Position numbers and translations under genes: made by a program. Shown here in pieces: positions 11,666 through 20,174 of a stretch of DNA of 64,000 nt. The notes beneath the pieces are model-generated. The model was not told the DNA's origin and made no database searches. It saw nothing but the letters and a program-made list of their open reading frames with translations. Location: NCBI GenBank assembly GCA_964490075.1, contig CAZBBK010000005.1, forward strand, positions 62,001 through 126,000, in the 5' to 3' direction. This DNA is from an uncultured Gemmatimonadota bacterium. Lineage in GTDB: Bacteria; GCA-2686955. Each line of letters starts with the position of its first letter. Position 1 is the stretch's first letter.

Positions 11666-14600
11666 TCACTCGCCCCCCAGGAGCTCGGCGCCCAGCTCTT
11701 CGACCTGCAGCTCGCCGTGGCGGCGGCGCGCGGCGGCCGCCAGGTCGGGGCGCCCGGCGGCGTCGTAGGCCTGGGCCAGAAGCTGGTAGATCCGCGGGCG
11801 CGCGCCGGCGCCGGCGTCGACCGCGGCGAGGAAGACCCGCACCGCCTGGTCGGCGCGGCCGGCGCGCAGCAGCAGCTGCCCGTGCTGCACGAAGGCCCGC
11901 GGATCGCCCGAAGCCCGCGCCTGGGCCAGCTCGAAGACCTCGGCGCTGAGCGGCATGGCGCCGATGGCCGCCAGCACTCGGGCGACCTGGGTCAGCACCG
12001 CCGGATCGGCCAGGCCGGAGCGCCGCAGCTGCTCCGGCAGGGCCGCGAGGGCCGCGCCGTCGCCCGCTTCGCGCAGGCCGCGCAGGTAGGTCGTGATGCC
12101 CTCCTCGAGGGCGGACTTGCGGGCCCGGCTTTCCCAGCGCGGCGGCAGATCGGCCAACCCCGCGAAGGCGGCGGCCGGATCGAGGGCGCGCAGGCGGATG
12201 AGGGCGAGCTCGACGTGCAGGTCGGGCTGCTGCGGGTCGAGCTTCAGTGCCCTGGCCAGGTCGCGCGCCGCAGCGCTCAGGTCTCCGAGACCGGCATCGA
12301 TGCGCGCTCGCAAGGCGTGGGCCAGGGGGAATTCGGGGCGCAGCTCGAGGAAGCGATCGACGCGCTGGCGTGCCGGCCGCGGCCGCCGGGCGGACAGCTC
12401 CGCGAGGCTTCCGAGGTAGAGGGGCAGGGGGTCGGCGGGGCGCTCTTCGGCCAGCTCGGCGAGGAGGGCGGCGGCGGCGGCGGCGTTCCCGGCGGCGAGC
12501 TCCGCGGCGGCCTCCAGGAAGCGCGCGTCGACGGCCGCGTCACCGCTCGAGCGGCGCGCCCGCTCCCGGAACACCTCCAGGCTCTCGGCCGGCGCGGAGC
12601 CGAGCAGCTCGATGCGGGCGCTGAGCTCGCCGGCGCGGAACAGCGGGTCGCCCGGCATCTGCCGCAGCCCCAGGCTCGCGAAGTGCAGCGCGGCCCTGGT
12701 GTCGCGCGCCAGGTTCGCCGCCAGCACCGCCTTGCGCAGCAGCTCGGGATCGGGCGTCGCGTCCCGCTCCACGGCGCGCGCGTAGGCGGCGCACGCGGCC
12801 GGGTAGTCGCCGGCCTGGGCGCGCAGCCCGGCGAGCGCCGCGGCGGCCGGCAAGCTGGCCGGCAGCGCCTCGGCCGCGCGCTCGGCATAGGCGGTCGCGG
12901 TCTCGAGGTCACCCATGCGCGCGCGAACGTCGATGGCCCGGGCGTAGGCGCCGAAGCCGCGGGGCCGGAGCGCCATCACCTGCTCGTACTGCACCAGCGC
13001 CAGCTCGACGTGGTCGCTGTAGAGCAAGCGGTCGGCGAGCGCGAGCTGGGCGCGGAGGGCGGGTGTCTCGACCACCTCCTCCCCCACCACGCGCGGGTCG
13101 TCGCCCAGCGATCCGAAGGCGAGCGCGCAGCCGAGGGTCAGGACCAGCGCCGCCGGGACGCCGCGCAGTGAAGGGGCGAGCAGGGCCCCGAGGTAGAGCG
13201 CGCAGGTGGCGGCGCAGATCGCGGCCAGGGCCGAGGCGCCGGGATAGGCCGCCCACAGGCACCAGGGGGCGGCCAGGGGCAGGAAAGGCAGCAGCGGCCG
13301 CGCCGCCGCCGCGAGGGTCGCCACGCGGGTGCCCAGCCAGTGCGCCGGGCGGCGCCAGGCGGGAAGCGCCGCGCTCCAGGGCGCCACCCAATCGCCGCGC
13401 GCCGCGAGCTCGGCGAGAGGTCCGCGACCGGCGCCGTGGAAGGCCGCCAGGAAGGCCGCGAGCAGCCCCAGGATCGCCAGCCCTCGGGGCAGCAGGGCGA
13501 TGGTCTGGCCGCGGGCGAAGAGGGCGCAGCCGGCGAGCGCCAGGGCCACCACCTGCAAGCCGCGCAAGGTCTGGCCGACGACCGGGATGCGATCGGTGCG
13601 GAAGGGCTCCTGGGCGCGCAGAATCGAGAGCGCCAGCACCACGCTCACCAGGCTGAAGACGGCGTAGGAGACCATCCAGGAGGCGGCCGCGGCAACGGCG
13701 AGGCTGGCCACGATCGCCCCCCGGCGCTCGGCCGCGCTGAGGGTGGCGGCGGCGGGGCTGGTGCCGAGCAGCCTTCCGGGCATGGTCGCCGCGGCGCCGG
13801 CGACCAGTACACAGGCGATGAAGAGGGCGTCCAGGAAGGAAGGGGCGAAGGGCTGGCCGGCGGCCGTCACGAAACGCCCGGCCCCGAAGGCCGCGCCGGC
13901 CCCCACCGCCGCCCCCGCCACGATCACCCCCGGGCCGCAGGCGCGGATCAACGCCGCCGCCCCGGCGCGCCGATGGCGCAGCATCCACAGACCCGCGACC
14001 AGGGCCAGGAGCAGGGAGTGCAGAGCACCGGAGGGCTGGGAGATGCGGTCGAAGAGGGCGCGCGCCGTCAATCCCTGGTCGACCATGAAGAGGCGCATGC
14101 CGGCCTGCGACGCGTCGGCGGCGGCGGTCACCAGGTTGTAGGCGTGATAGGGCCAGGTGAAGTAGAGCAGCGAGACGACGTAGACCGCGGCCGCGGTGAG
14201 CGCGCCGGCGGCCAGGCCGAGACCCGGGCGGCGCCGCTTGATCGCCACGTAGGCGAAGGCGAGCACCACCTCGAGCAGGCATTCGACGCGGATGCCGGTG
14301 GTGGTGCCGGCGAAGCCGCGGGCGGGATTGAAGAAGTGGACGAGGCGGTCGAGATACTGGCCCCGAAAAAGCGGCGCATAGCCGATGTGGGCCGCCTGGC
14401 TCTGCTCGGCCATGCCGCTCGCGACCAGGTCGACCAGAGGCGGGAGCAGCACCAGGCTCCACATCACCAGCATGATGCGGGTGACCCTCGCCAGCGCGAT
14501 TCCGGAGCCGAGGCTGAGCAGGATGGCGAGGGTCAGGAGCGGGTTGATGAAGGCCAGCGGATAGTGCAGGAAGAAGTCGATGGGGCGCGCCAGGGGGAGG

Positions 14601-14734
14601 CTGCCGGAGAAGCCCTCGAGCAGGTTGCGCACCAGCACGATGCCGAAGAAGAGCGCGCACCAGGCCCCGACACCGATCGGCGTCGACTCGATGGCCTCGG
14701 AGGCGGATCGGACCAGGCGGACGAGGGATCTCAT
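11666..14734 (-). CDS. Large multi-pass membrane protein with C-terminal TPR repeats (UbiA-like middle segment)
   Basis: About 1022 aa from MRSLVRLVR. The first ~590 aa hold many hydrophobic helices, and the remainder is TPR-like (ARALKLDPQQPDLHVELA; AFVQHGQLLLRAGRADQAV). Confidence 0.7.
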   Translation of the reverse strand: MRSLVRLVRSASEAIESTPIGVGAWCALFFGIVLVRNLLEGFSGSLPLARPIDFFLHYPLAFINPLLTLAILLSLGSGIALARVTRIMLVMWSLVLLPPLVDLVASGMAEQSQAAHIGYAPLFRGQYLDRLVHFFNPARGFAGTTTGIRVECLLEVVLAFAYVAIKRRRPGLGLAAGALTAAAVYVVSLLYFTWPYHAYNLVTAAADASQAGMRLFMVDQGLTARALFDRISQPSGALHSLLLALVAGLWMLRHRRAGAAALIRACGPGVIVAGAAVGAGAAFGAGRFVTAAGQPFAPSFLDALFIACVLVAGAAATMPGRLLGTSPAAATLSAAERRGAIVASLAVAAAASWMVSYAVFSLVSVVLALSILRAQEPFRTDRIPVVGQTLRGLQVVALALAGCALFARGQTIALLPRGLAILGLLAAFLAAFHGAGRGPLAELAARGDWVAPWSAALPAWRRPAHWLGTRVATLAAAARPLLPFLPLAAPWCLWAAYPGASALAAICAATCALYLGALLAPSLRGVPAALVLTLGCALAFGSLGDDPRVVGEEVVETPALRAQLALADRLLYSDHVELALVQYEQVMALRPRGFGAYARAIDVRARMGDLETATAYAERAAEALPASLPAAAALAGLRAQAGDYPAACAAYARAVERDATPDPELLRKAVLAANLARDTRAALHFASLGLRQMPGDPLFRAGELSARIELLGSAPAESLEVFRERARRSSGDAAVDARFLEAAAELAAGNAAAAAALLAELAEERPADPLPLYLGSLAELSARRPRPARQRVDRFLELRPEFPLAHALRARIDAGLGDLSAAARDLARALKLDPQQPDLHVELALIRLRALDPAAAFAGLADLPPRWESRARKSALEEGITTYLRGLREAGDGAALAALPEQLRRSGLADPAVLTQVARVLAAIGAMPLSAEVFELAQARASGDPRAFVQHGQLLLRAGRADQAVRVFLAAVDAGAGARPRIYQLLAQAYDAAGRPDLAAAARRRHGELQVEELGAELLGGE

Positions 14735-14786
14735 GGGGGTGGGGGGCTTCGGCGGCGGCGCGGGGTTGGGGGTGCGGGGTTGGGTA

Positions 14787-14966
14787 GGGTTCGCGCAGCA
14801 ATTACTTCCCATTTTGGCGCCCAGATGTGGTGCAGATCTGGTCGATCGGTGAGGTCCGAAACCGGAGGAGTAGCAGCGCTACTTCGAGGATTTCGGGGCT
14901 CGCCGATCGACCAGAGATGGGCTGCAGATGGGATGCCAAAATGGGAAGCAATTCCTGCGCGGACCC
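14787..14966. repeat. 180-nt imperfect palindrome (long hairpin or cruciform)
   Basis: Paired arms are 14787-14823/14929-14966, 14837-14853/14899-14915 (16/17), 14854-14861/14891-14898 and ggagtagc-agc-gctacttc at the apex near 14876. Confidence 0.85.
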
Positions 14967-15183
14967 GTAGTGTAGCCGCGGGGCGGGGATGAAGACGGAT
15001 GGAGGGAGGGGTTGGATTCCCGTCGAGGCGCGGGCCTTTGGCGCGATCGTGCGCCCCCGAGGGTGGTCGTGGGCTGGGACTCCGGCCGCGGAGACGCTTG
15101 TTGCGGCCGAAATTCGGCCGCAGCTCGCGACTCTGGTGGTGCAGTTGGGAGTTGGGGGCGGATTCTGGACGCGGCCGATCTTG

Positions 15184-15440
15184 CTGGGGTTTCGGAGTGG
15201 CGCCTCTCGAGCGACACACTTCGCGAAGAAGCGCGGGGCCAGCAGGAGTCCGCGGGCCTCCGGGGATCCATGCGCGGTTGAGGGGACGGTCTCGACAGGA
15301 CTTCTTCGCGTGCCCCTGCCCCTGCCCCTGCCCTGTACCGTTGCCCGAATCGGGCATGGGCAGGGGGGGCCAGGGCAGCGACAGGTATTGTCGTATACTG
15401 CCCGCTCCCTGCGCAAAGGCTCGCCATATCGAAACCTCAG
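15184..15440 (+). repeat. Dispersed structured element, copy 2 of 3
   Basis: Homologous to 8262-8506. Termini ctggggtttcg / cgaaacctcag pair, as do tggcg / cgcca. It has an inner stem cgcgaagaag / cttcttcgcg and a (tgcccc)n...gggca hairpin. Confidence 0.88.
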
Positions 15441-15481
15441 GGTGGGTGGCCAAGCGGTGCGGGAGAGGCTAGTCTGAGGGC

Positions 15482-15718
15482 ATGATGCAGGAGCACCTGA
15501 CCAGAATCACGCACGACCCCGCGGTGATGGGTGGCAAGCCGTGCATCCGTGGCCTTCGGGTCACCGTCGGAACGATCTTGGGGCTCTTGGCTGCCGGCCA
15601 GACTCCGGAACAGATATTGACGACCTATCCCTATCTCGAAAAGCAGGACATTCGCGCCGCTCTCGCGTACGCCGCTTGGAGATCCGAGGAAATCGATCTG
15701 CCCCTCGCGGTCCAATGA
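15482..15718 (+). CDS. DUF433-family antitoxin
   Basis: RITHDPAVMGGKPCIRGLRVTV..IL..LAAG.T.EQIL..YPYL...DIRAALAYAA is the classical DUF433 signature. Its stop overlaps the next ATG. Confidence 0.92.
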   Translation: MMQEHLTRITHDPAVMGGKPCIRGLRVTVGTILGLLAAGQTPEQILTTYPYLEKQDIRAALAYAAWRSEEIDLPLAVQ

Positions 15719-16076
15719 AGCTCCTGATCGACATGAACCTCTCGCCCGCGTGGGTGGAGTATCTGAGATCGGTCGGCATCGAAGCAGTGCACTGGAGCGA
15801 TGTCGGAGATCCTGGCGCAGCGGATGTCGTGCTCATGAGCTGGGCTCGCAATCAGCGCCGAGTCGTGCCCACTCACGATCTCGATTTCTCGACGCTGCTG
15901 GCCAGCACCGACGCGACAGGTCCGAGCGTGATCCAAGTGCGGACCCAGGCAGTGCTGCCATCAGCTCTGGCCCAACGGTCTCTCGGGTCATCGACGAACA
16001 CGGTGATGCTCTTCGCCTTGGCGCAATCGTGACCATCGACGAGAACAGCAACCGGATCCGAGGGCGGCCCGGGTGA
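15715..16076 (+). pseudogene. DUF5615 (PIN-like) toxin, frameshifted
   Basis: MKLLIDMNLSP...AVHW...D..LMSWA...THDLDF...GPSVIQVR. The conserved C-terminus (GPTVSRVIDEHGDALRLGAIVTIDENSNRIR) lies in another frame, consistent with a 1-nt loss near 15968-15973. Confidence 0.8.
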
Positions 16077-16198
16077 GGAGCGCCGGCTGCCCATCGACTG
16101 GAAGCCGGGCACGGTAGCCTGACGAGCCGGCCGGCACGAAGCCAGAATCGCATCGACTCCAAGGGCGCCGCGGCCCAACCCGAAGCGCAAACCGATCC

Positions 16199-17551
16199 AT
16201 GCCCCGCCCGAGCGACCACGCCCCCGCCCCGCTCCCCCGCCGCATCGGCCCCACCACCGCCGCGCTTGCGGTGGTCGCCAACATGATCGGCGCCGGGGTG
16301 TTCACCACCACCGGATTCCTGGTGCGCGACATCGGCTCGCCGCCGGCGATCCTGCTGGCCTGGGGGCTGGGTGGGTTGATCGCCCTGTGTGGGGCCCTCT
16401 CGTACGCCGAGCTGGTCGCCGACATCGCCGAGAACGGCGGCGAGTACCGGCTGCTCTCGCGCATCTACCACCCGGCGCTCGGGGTCTGCGCCGGGCTGAT
16501 CTCTCTCGTCGCCGGATTCGCGGCGCCGATCGCGGCCTCGGCGCTGGCTTTCGGCAGCTACCTGCAAGCGCTCGGCGCGCCGGTCGCGCCGGCGTTGGCC
16601 GGGGTCGCGCTGATCGCCGTGGTGAGCGCGCTGCACGCCTTCGATGTGCAGCTCGGCGGACGCTTCCAGAACCTGTTCACGGTCGCCAAGGTGTTGCTGA
16701 TCGCGCTCTTCATCGGCGGCGGACTGGTGGCGGGCGAGGCCGGGCTGATCGCGGCACCGGCCGACCGGCCGCTGGGCGAGGCGGCGCTCTCTCCGGCCTT
16801 CGCGGTGGGGCTGATCTTCATCGCCTTCGCCTACAGCGGCTGGAACGCGGCCGCCTATCTGGCCGGCGAGGTGGAGAAGCCGGCGACCAATCTGCCGCTG
16901 GCGTTGATCTCCGGGACCCTGGTGGTCACCGCGCTCTACCTCGGCCTGAACGCGGTCTTTCTGAGCAGTGCGCCGGCGGCCGAGCTGGCCGGCAAGGTCG
17001 AGGTCGGGCACGTGGCGGCGTTGAGCCTTTTCGGGGCGCGGGCCGGCGCCCTGCTCTCCGGTCTGATCGCCTGCGCGCTGGTGTCGTCGGTGAGCGCCAT
17101 GACGATGGTGGGGTCGCGGGTCTACGAGGCGATGGGCAGCGATTTCCGCGCCCTGGCGGGACTGCGGCGGGGCGGCGGGAGCGGCGGCCCGGGCCGGGCG
17201 ATCGCCCTGCAGTCGCTGCTGGCCGTGGTCATGGTGCTGAGCGCCAGCTTCGAGGCGCTCCTGACCTACATAGGCTTCCTGCTCTCACTCTCGGCGGCGC
17301 TCACGGTGGCCGGCGTGGTGGTGCTGCGGCGGCGCGAGCCGGCGCGCCAGCGGCCCTATCGAGCCTTCGCCTACCCCTGGACTCCGCTGGCCTTCGTGTT
17401 CTTCTCGGGTTGGATGATCGTTCACGCTCTGACCGCACGGCCGGTGCAGGCCCTGGCCGGTCTGGCGACGATCGGCTGCGGACTCGGGCTCTACTGGGTG
17501 CTGGGGCGGAGCGCGGGCGGTAATGGACTAAGTCTTGACCAAGTCGAGTAG
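16199..17551 (+). CDS. APC-family amino acid permease
   Basis: VVANMIGAGVF, GALSYAEL, GGEY, FAYSGWNAAAYLAGEV..P and RPYRAFAYP motifs with about 12 TM segments. Confidence 0.92.
   Translation: MPRPSDHAPAPLPRRIGPTTAALAVVANMIGAGVFTTTGFLVRDIGSPPAILLAWGLGGLIALCGALSYAELVADIAENGGEYRLLSRIYHPALGVCAGLISLVAGFAAPIAASALAFGSYLQALGAPVAPALAGVALIAVVSALHAFDVQLGGRFQNLFTVAKVLLIALFIGGGLVAGEAGLIAAPADRPLGEAALSPAFAVGLIFIAFAYSGWNAAAYLAGEVEKPATNLPLALISGTLVVTALYLGLNAVFLSSAPAAELAGKVEVGHVAALSLFGARAGALLSGLIACALVSSVSAMTMVGSRVYEAMGSDFRALAGLRRGGGSGGPGRAIALQSLLAVVMVLSASFEALLTYIGFLLSLSAALTVAGVVVLRRREPARQRPYRAFAYPWTPLAFVFFSGWMIVHALTARPVQALAGLATIGCGLGLYWVLGRSAGGNGLSLDQVE
17526..17545. promoter_or_regulatory. Putative antitoxin operator (tandem GACYAAGTC) overlapping a TTGACC -35-like hexamer
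   Basis: gactaagtc (17526-17534) and gaccaagtc (17537-17545) are near-palindromic 9-mers one helical turn apart, about 25 nt upstream of the Phd-type antitoxin ATG. Confidence 0.5.
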
Positions 17552-17569
17552 CCCGGCTATTGCCTGAGT

Positions 17570-17824
17570 ATGCACAATGTCACCACGCACCAGGCCAAGA
17601 CCCACCTGTCGAGCCTGATCCGGCAGGTCCTGGCCGGCGAAGAGGTCGTCATCTGTCGCGGCGATCGCCCGGTGGCGCGCCTGGTGCCGGTCGACGACGA
17701 TGGCGAGCGGGTGTCGCGGCGGCGCCGCCCCATGGTCGGCACGGTCACCAGCGCGCCGATCGCCCATGACGCCGACGCCTTCGCGCCACTCGGCGAGGCG
17801 CAGCTCGAAGAGCTCGGGCTGTGA
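17570..17824 (+). CDS. Phd/YefM-family antitoxin
   Basis: VTTHQAKTHLSSLI.QV.AGEEVVICRG..PVARLVP is the prevent-host-death signature. It has a GTGA overlap with the toxin. Confidence 0.92.
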   Translation: MHNVTTHQAKTHLSSLIRQVLAGEEVVICRGDRPVARLVPVDDDGERVSRRRRPMVGTVTSAPIAHDADAFAPLGEAQLEELGL

Positions 17825-18207
17825 CCCTTCTGCTCGACACCTGCACCTTCATCTGGCTGACGTCCGAACCCGACCGGCTCGGCCCCGCGGCGCGCAGAGC
17901 TCTGGACGTCGACGGGGCCGACATCGCGCTCAGTCAGGTCAGCGTTCTCGATCTCTGCCTCACGTGGCACGCCGGCAAGCTGCGTCTGCCGGCGCCGCCG
18001 CGCACCTGGATCCCAGGTCAAATCGAACGCTGGGAGCTGCGTTCGCTCGCTCTGGAAGACAGCCATCTCTACCGCGCCACGGAGCTGCCGGATCACCATC
18101 GAGACCCTTTCGATCGGCTCCTCGTCGCCCAGGGCATCGAGGAGGGAGCCTCGTTGGTCAGCCCCGATCCCTGGATCCACCGTTATCCCGTGCAGGTGAT
18201 CTGGTAG
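17821..18207 (+). CDS. vapC: VapC PIN-domain ribonuclease toxin
   Basis: LLLDTCTFIW...S.VS...HHRDPFDRLLVAQ...LVSPD motifs. Confidence 0.9.
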   Translation: MTLLLDTCTFIWLTSEPDRLGPAARRALDVDGADIALSQVSVLDLCLTWHAGKLRLPAPPRTWIPGQIERWELRSLALEDSHLYRATELPDHHRDPFDRLLVAQGIEEGASLVSPDPWIHRYPVQVIW

Positions 18208-18242
18208 CCGACGATCGGCTGCGGTGACCCCGCCACGCATGA

Positions 18243-20015
18243 CTACTTCACCAGCAGCATTCTGCGGGTCACAACACCGTGCTCCGTCTCCAGTCGGTAC
18301 AGGTAGACACCCGAGGCCACGGAGACTCCGCCATCGCCGCGACCGTCCCAGGTCGCCTGGTGGCGCCCCGCCCCGCACCGCCCGTCGATCAGGGTGCGCA
18401 GCGCGCGGCCGCTCAGATCGTGGATCGTGAGACGTGCGTCGCCCGCCGTCTGGAGGTCGAATGAGATCCGAGTGCGCGGATTGAAGGGGTTTGGCGCCGC
18501 GGAATGGAGACGGTTCGGCGTCGATCGAACCGTGCTCGGTGTGTCGCCGTCGATACCGACACTTTCCGGCCTCGAGAAGAGCACCTCGGCGGGAGGGAGC
18601 GCCGCATTCGCCTCGCCCCAGATCATGCCGGGGTCGCGGGCGTCGATCTCGTGGCCGAGACCTGCGTAGAGCGCGCTGCGCCCGGCTTCGGCCTCGATCT
18701 CGGTGATGCGCGAGACCTGCCGACGGGCCGAGAATCGAGTGTCGCCGAGGCGCCGGTCGAGGGTCTGCACGAACACCTGCCAGGTGCCGCATAGCTCCCA
18801 CGCGCCCCCACCCGGCACGGCGATGTAGGGCTGGGAAACGCAGGCATGGAGACGGTCGCCGCCCACGCCGCGGTAGATGCCGAGCTGCGGGAACTGGCTC
18901 AATGTGTCGGTGGCCACGTTGGTGGTGTCTGGAGAAAGGCCGCAGCTGTCGGGAAGCGCCGCCAGATCGGCCCGCGAGGCGAGCGGCTGCGGCGCGCCCT
19001 CGGCCCACCATTCCTCATCCACGAATCGCCCACGGGCGTACCAGGGAACACCCAAGGGACCGGTCTGAGCCAGTCCCACCAGACCGCCGTCGACCTCCTC
19101 CGCGAGGTTGGCCTGATAGACGAGATGCACCATTCGGTCGTGATCGACCACCAGAGAAGGCGCCACATTTTGATGGCGCGGACCGCCCTCGGCCACGACC
19201 TGCGGGGCGCTCCAGGTCGAGCCGCGATCGCTCGAGCGCTGGATGACCAGATCGAGCCCCTCGGGACCGGTCGCGGTGTTCTGATAGGCGACATAGAGGT
19301 CGCCGGTGGCCGGATCGTGGGCCGCCGTGGGCAAGAGCCAGGTGTCGTTCACCTGGAGAGCCACCGTCGACCGGGTCCAGGTGGCGCCGTCGTCGGCGGA
19401 GACGAAACTCACGACAGAAGGCGCACCGTCGCCTTCCACGCCCACGGCCAGCCAGCCATCCGCGTCACCCTTCACCAGAGCGCCGTAGGCGGTGTGGACG
19501 CCATCGGCCGCCCCGAGACGGACCGGATCGGTCCAGCTCAGGGCATTCCGATCGTAGCTGCTGAAACAGAGATCGAACTCTTGGCCGTCGTCGCTCCCGG
19601 TGAAAAGCATGGCGGCACCGCCGGTGGTCGCGACGATGCTGGGCGCGAAGGCGCTCACCAGGTCGGCTCCGGGCGAGCTGGTCGCCGACCAGAGCTCGAG
19701 CGCGCTGTCCCAGTGCTTGAACCACACTCCCGAGTCGGTCCAAGTTACGTAGTACGTATCACCATGGGGGTCCTGCGCCACGTGGCGCTGCGCGGAGAAG
19801 CGGGTCGGCTCCACGTCGTTGGCCTGGGCGACGATCAACAGGTCTCCCTCCGCGGGTGGGCCGAGGCGGTCGTGCGCGAGGGGTTCGGTTTCCACGGAAC
19901 CCACCGGAAGCGGGGGCATCCGCAGAGCGACAAGATCGAGGGCCGGGGCGACGGCCCCTCGGGCGACGAGACAGGCACAGAGGATGAAGTTGCGACAGAG
20001 TGGGGAGCGGGGCAT
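18243..20015 (-). CDS. Secreted BNR/Asp-box beta-propeller protein with C-terminal FlgD-Ig sorting domain
   Basis: Signal-like N-terminus MPRSPLCRNFILCACLVARGAVAPA with RBS gaaggga. Asp-boxes VSADDGATW and RSSDRGSTW. C-terminal PNPFNPRTRI.F...WDGRGDGG..VASGVYLYRL...RMLLVK. Confidence 0.82.
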   Translation of the reverse strand: MPRSPLCRNFILCACLVARGAVAPALDLVALRMPPLPVGSVETEPLAHDRLGPPAEGDLLIVAQANDVEPTRFSAQRHVAQDPHGDTYYVTWTDSGVWFKHWDSALELWSATSSPGADLVSAFAPSIVATTGGAAMLFTGSDDGQEFDLCFSSYDRNALSWTDPVRLGAADGVHTAYGALVKGDADGWLAVGVEGDGAPSVVSFVSADDGATWTRSTVALQVNDTWLLPTAAHDPATGDLYVAYQNTATGPEGLDLVIQRSSDRGSTWSAPQVVAEGGPRHQNVAPSLVVDHDRMVHLVYQANLAEEVDGGLVGLAQTGPLGVPWYARGRFVDEEWWAEGAPQPLASRADLAALPDSCGLSPDTTNVATDTLSQFPQLGIYRGVGGDRLHACVSQPYIAVPGGGAWELCGTWQVFVQTLDRRLGDTRFSARRQVSRITEIEAEAGRSALYAGLGHEIDARDPGMIWGEANAALPPAEVLFSRPESVGIDGDTPSTVRSTPNRLHSAAPNPFNPRTRISFDLQTAGDARLTIHDLSGRALRTLIDGRCGAGRHQATWDGRGDGGVSVASGVYLYRLETEHGVVTRRMLLVK

Positions 20016-20124
20016 TTCTGTTCCCTTCGCTGGAGCGGGTCGCGCTGCAGGAGCGCCTTTGGTGGTGTGGATCGTGGTGGATTGCCTGGCCGTGTTCGAA
20101 CTCGTCGGCTCACTACCTACCGCA

Positions 20125-20150
20125 GTCGCACCAGGAGCACGGGCATTACA
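20125..20150 (-). promoter_or_regulatory. Putative ECF-sigma promoter TGTAAT-N16-CGAC upstream of the BNR/FlgD gene
   Basis: The minus strand reads TGTAAT gcccgtgctcctggtg CGAC, with the same hexamer, spacing and tetramer as upstream of the ECF sigma gene (25134-25159). Confidence 0.65.
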
Positions 20151-20174
20151 CCGAGCCACCATCGCCGGGAGAAA

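Noticed and set aside
14961-15030. tRNA-like sequence (GGACCCGTAGTGTAGC...GGGTTGGATTCCCG)
   Set aside because: It has no anticodon stem, the T-loop is TTGGA rather than TTCGA, and the 3' end cannot pair with the acceptor stem.
14787-15440. Integron attC sites or cassette array
   Set aside because: There are no correctly oriented RYYYAAC...GTTRRRY boundaries and no integron integrase, and the elements lie between divergent genes rather than after co-oriented cassettes.
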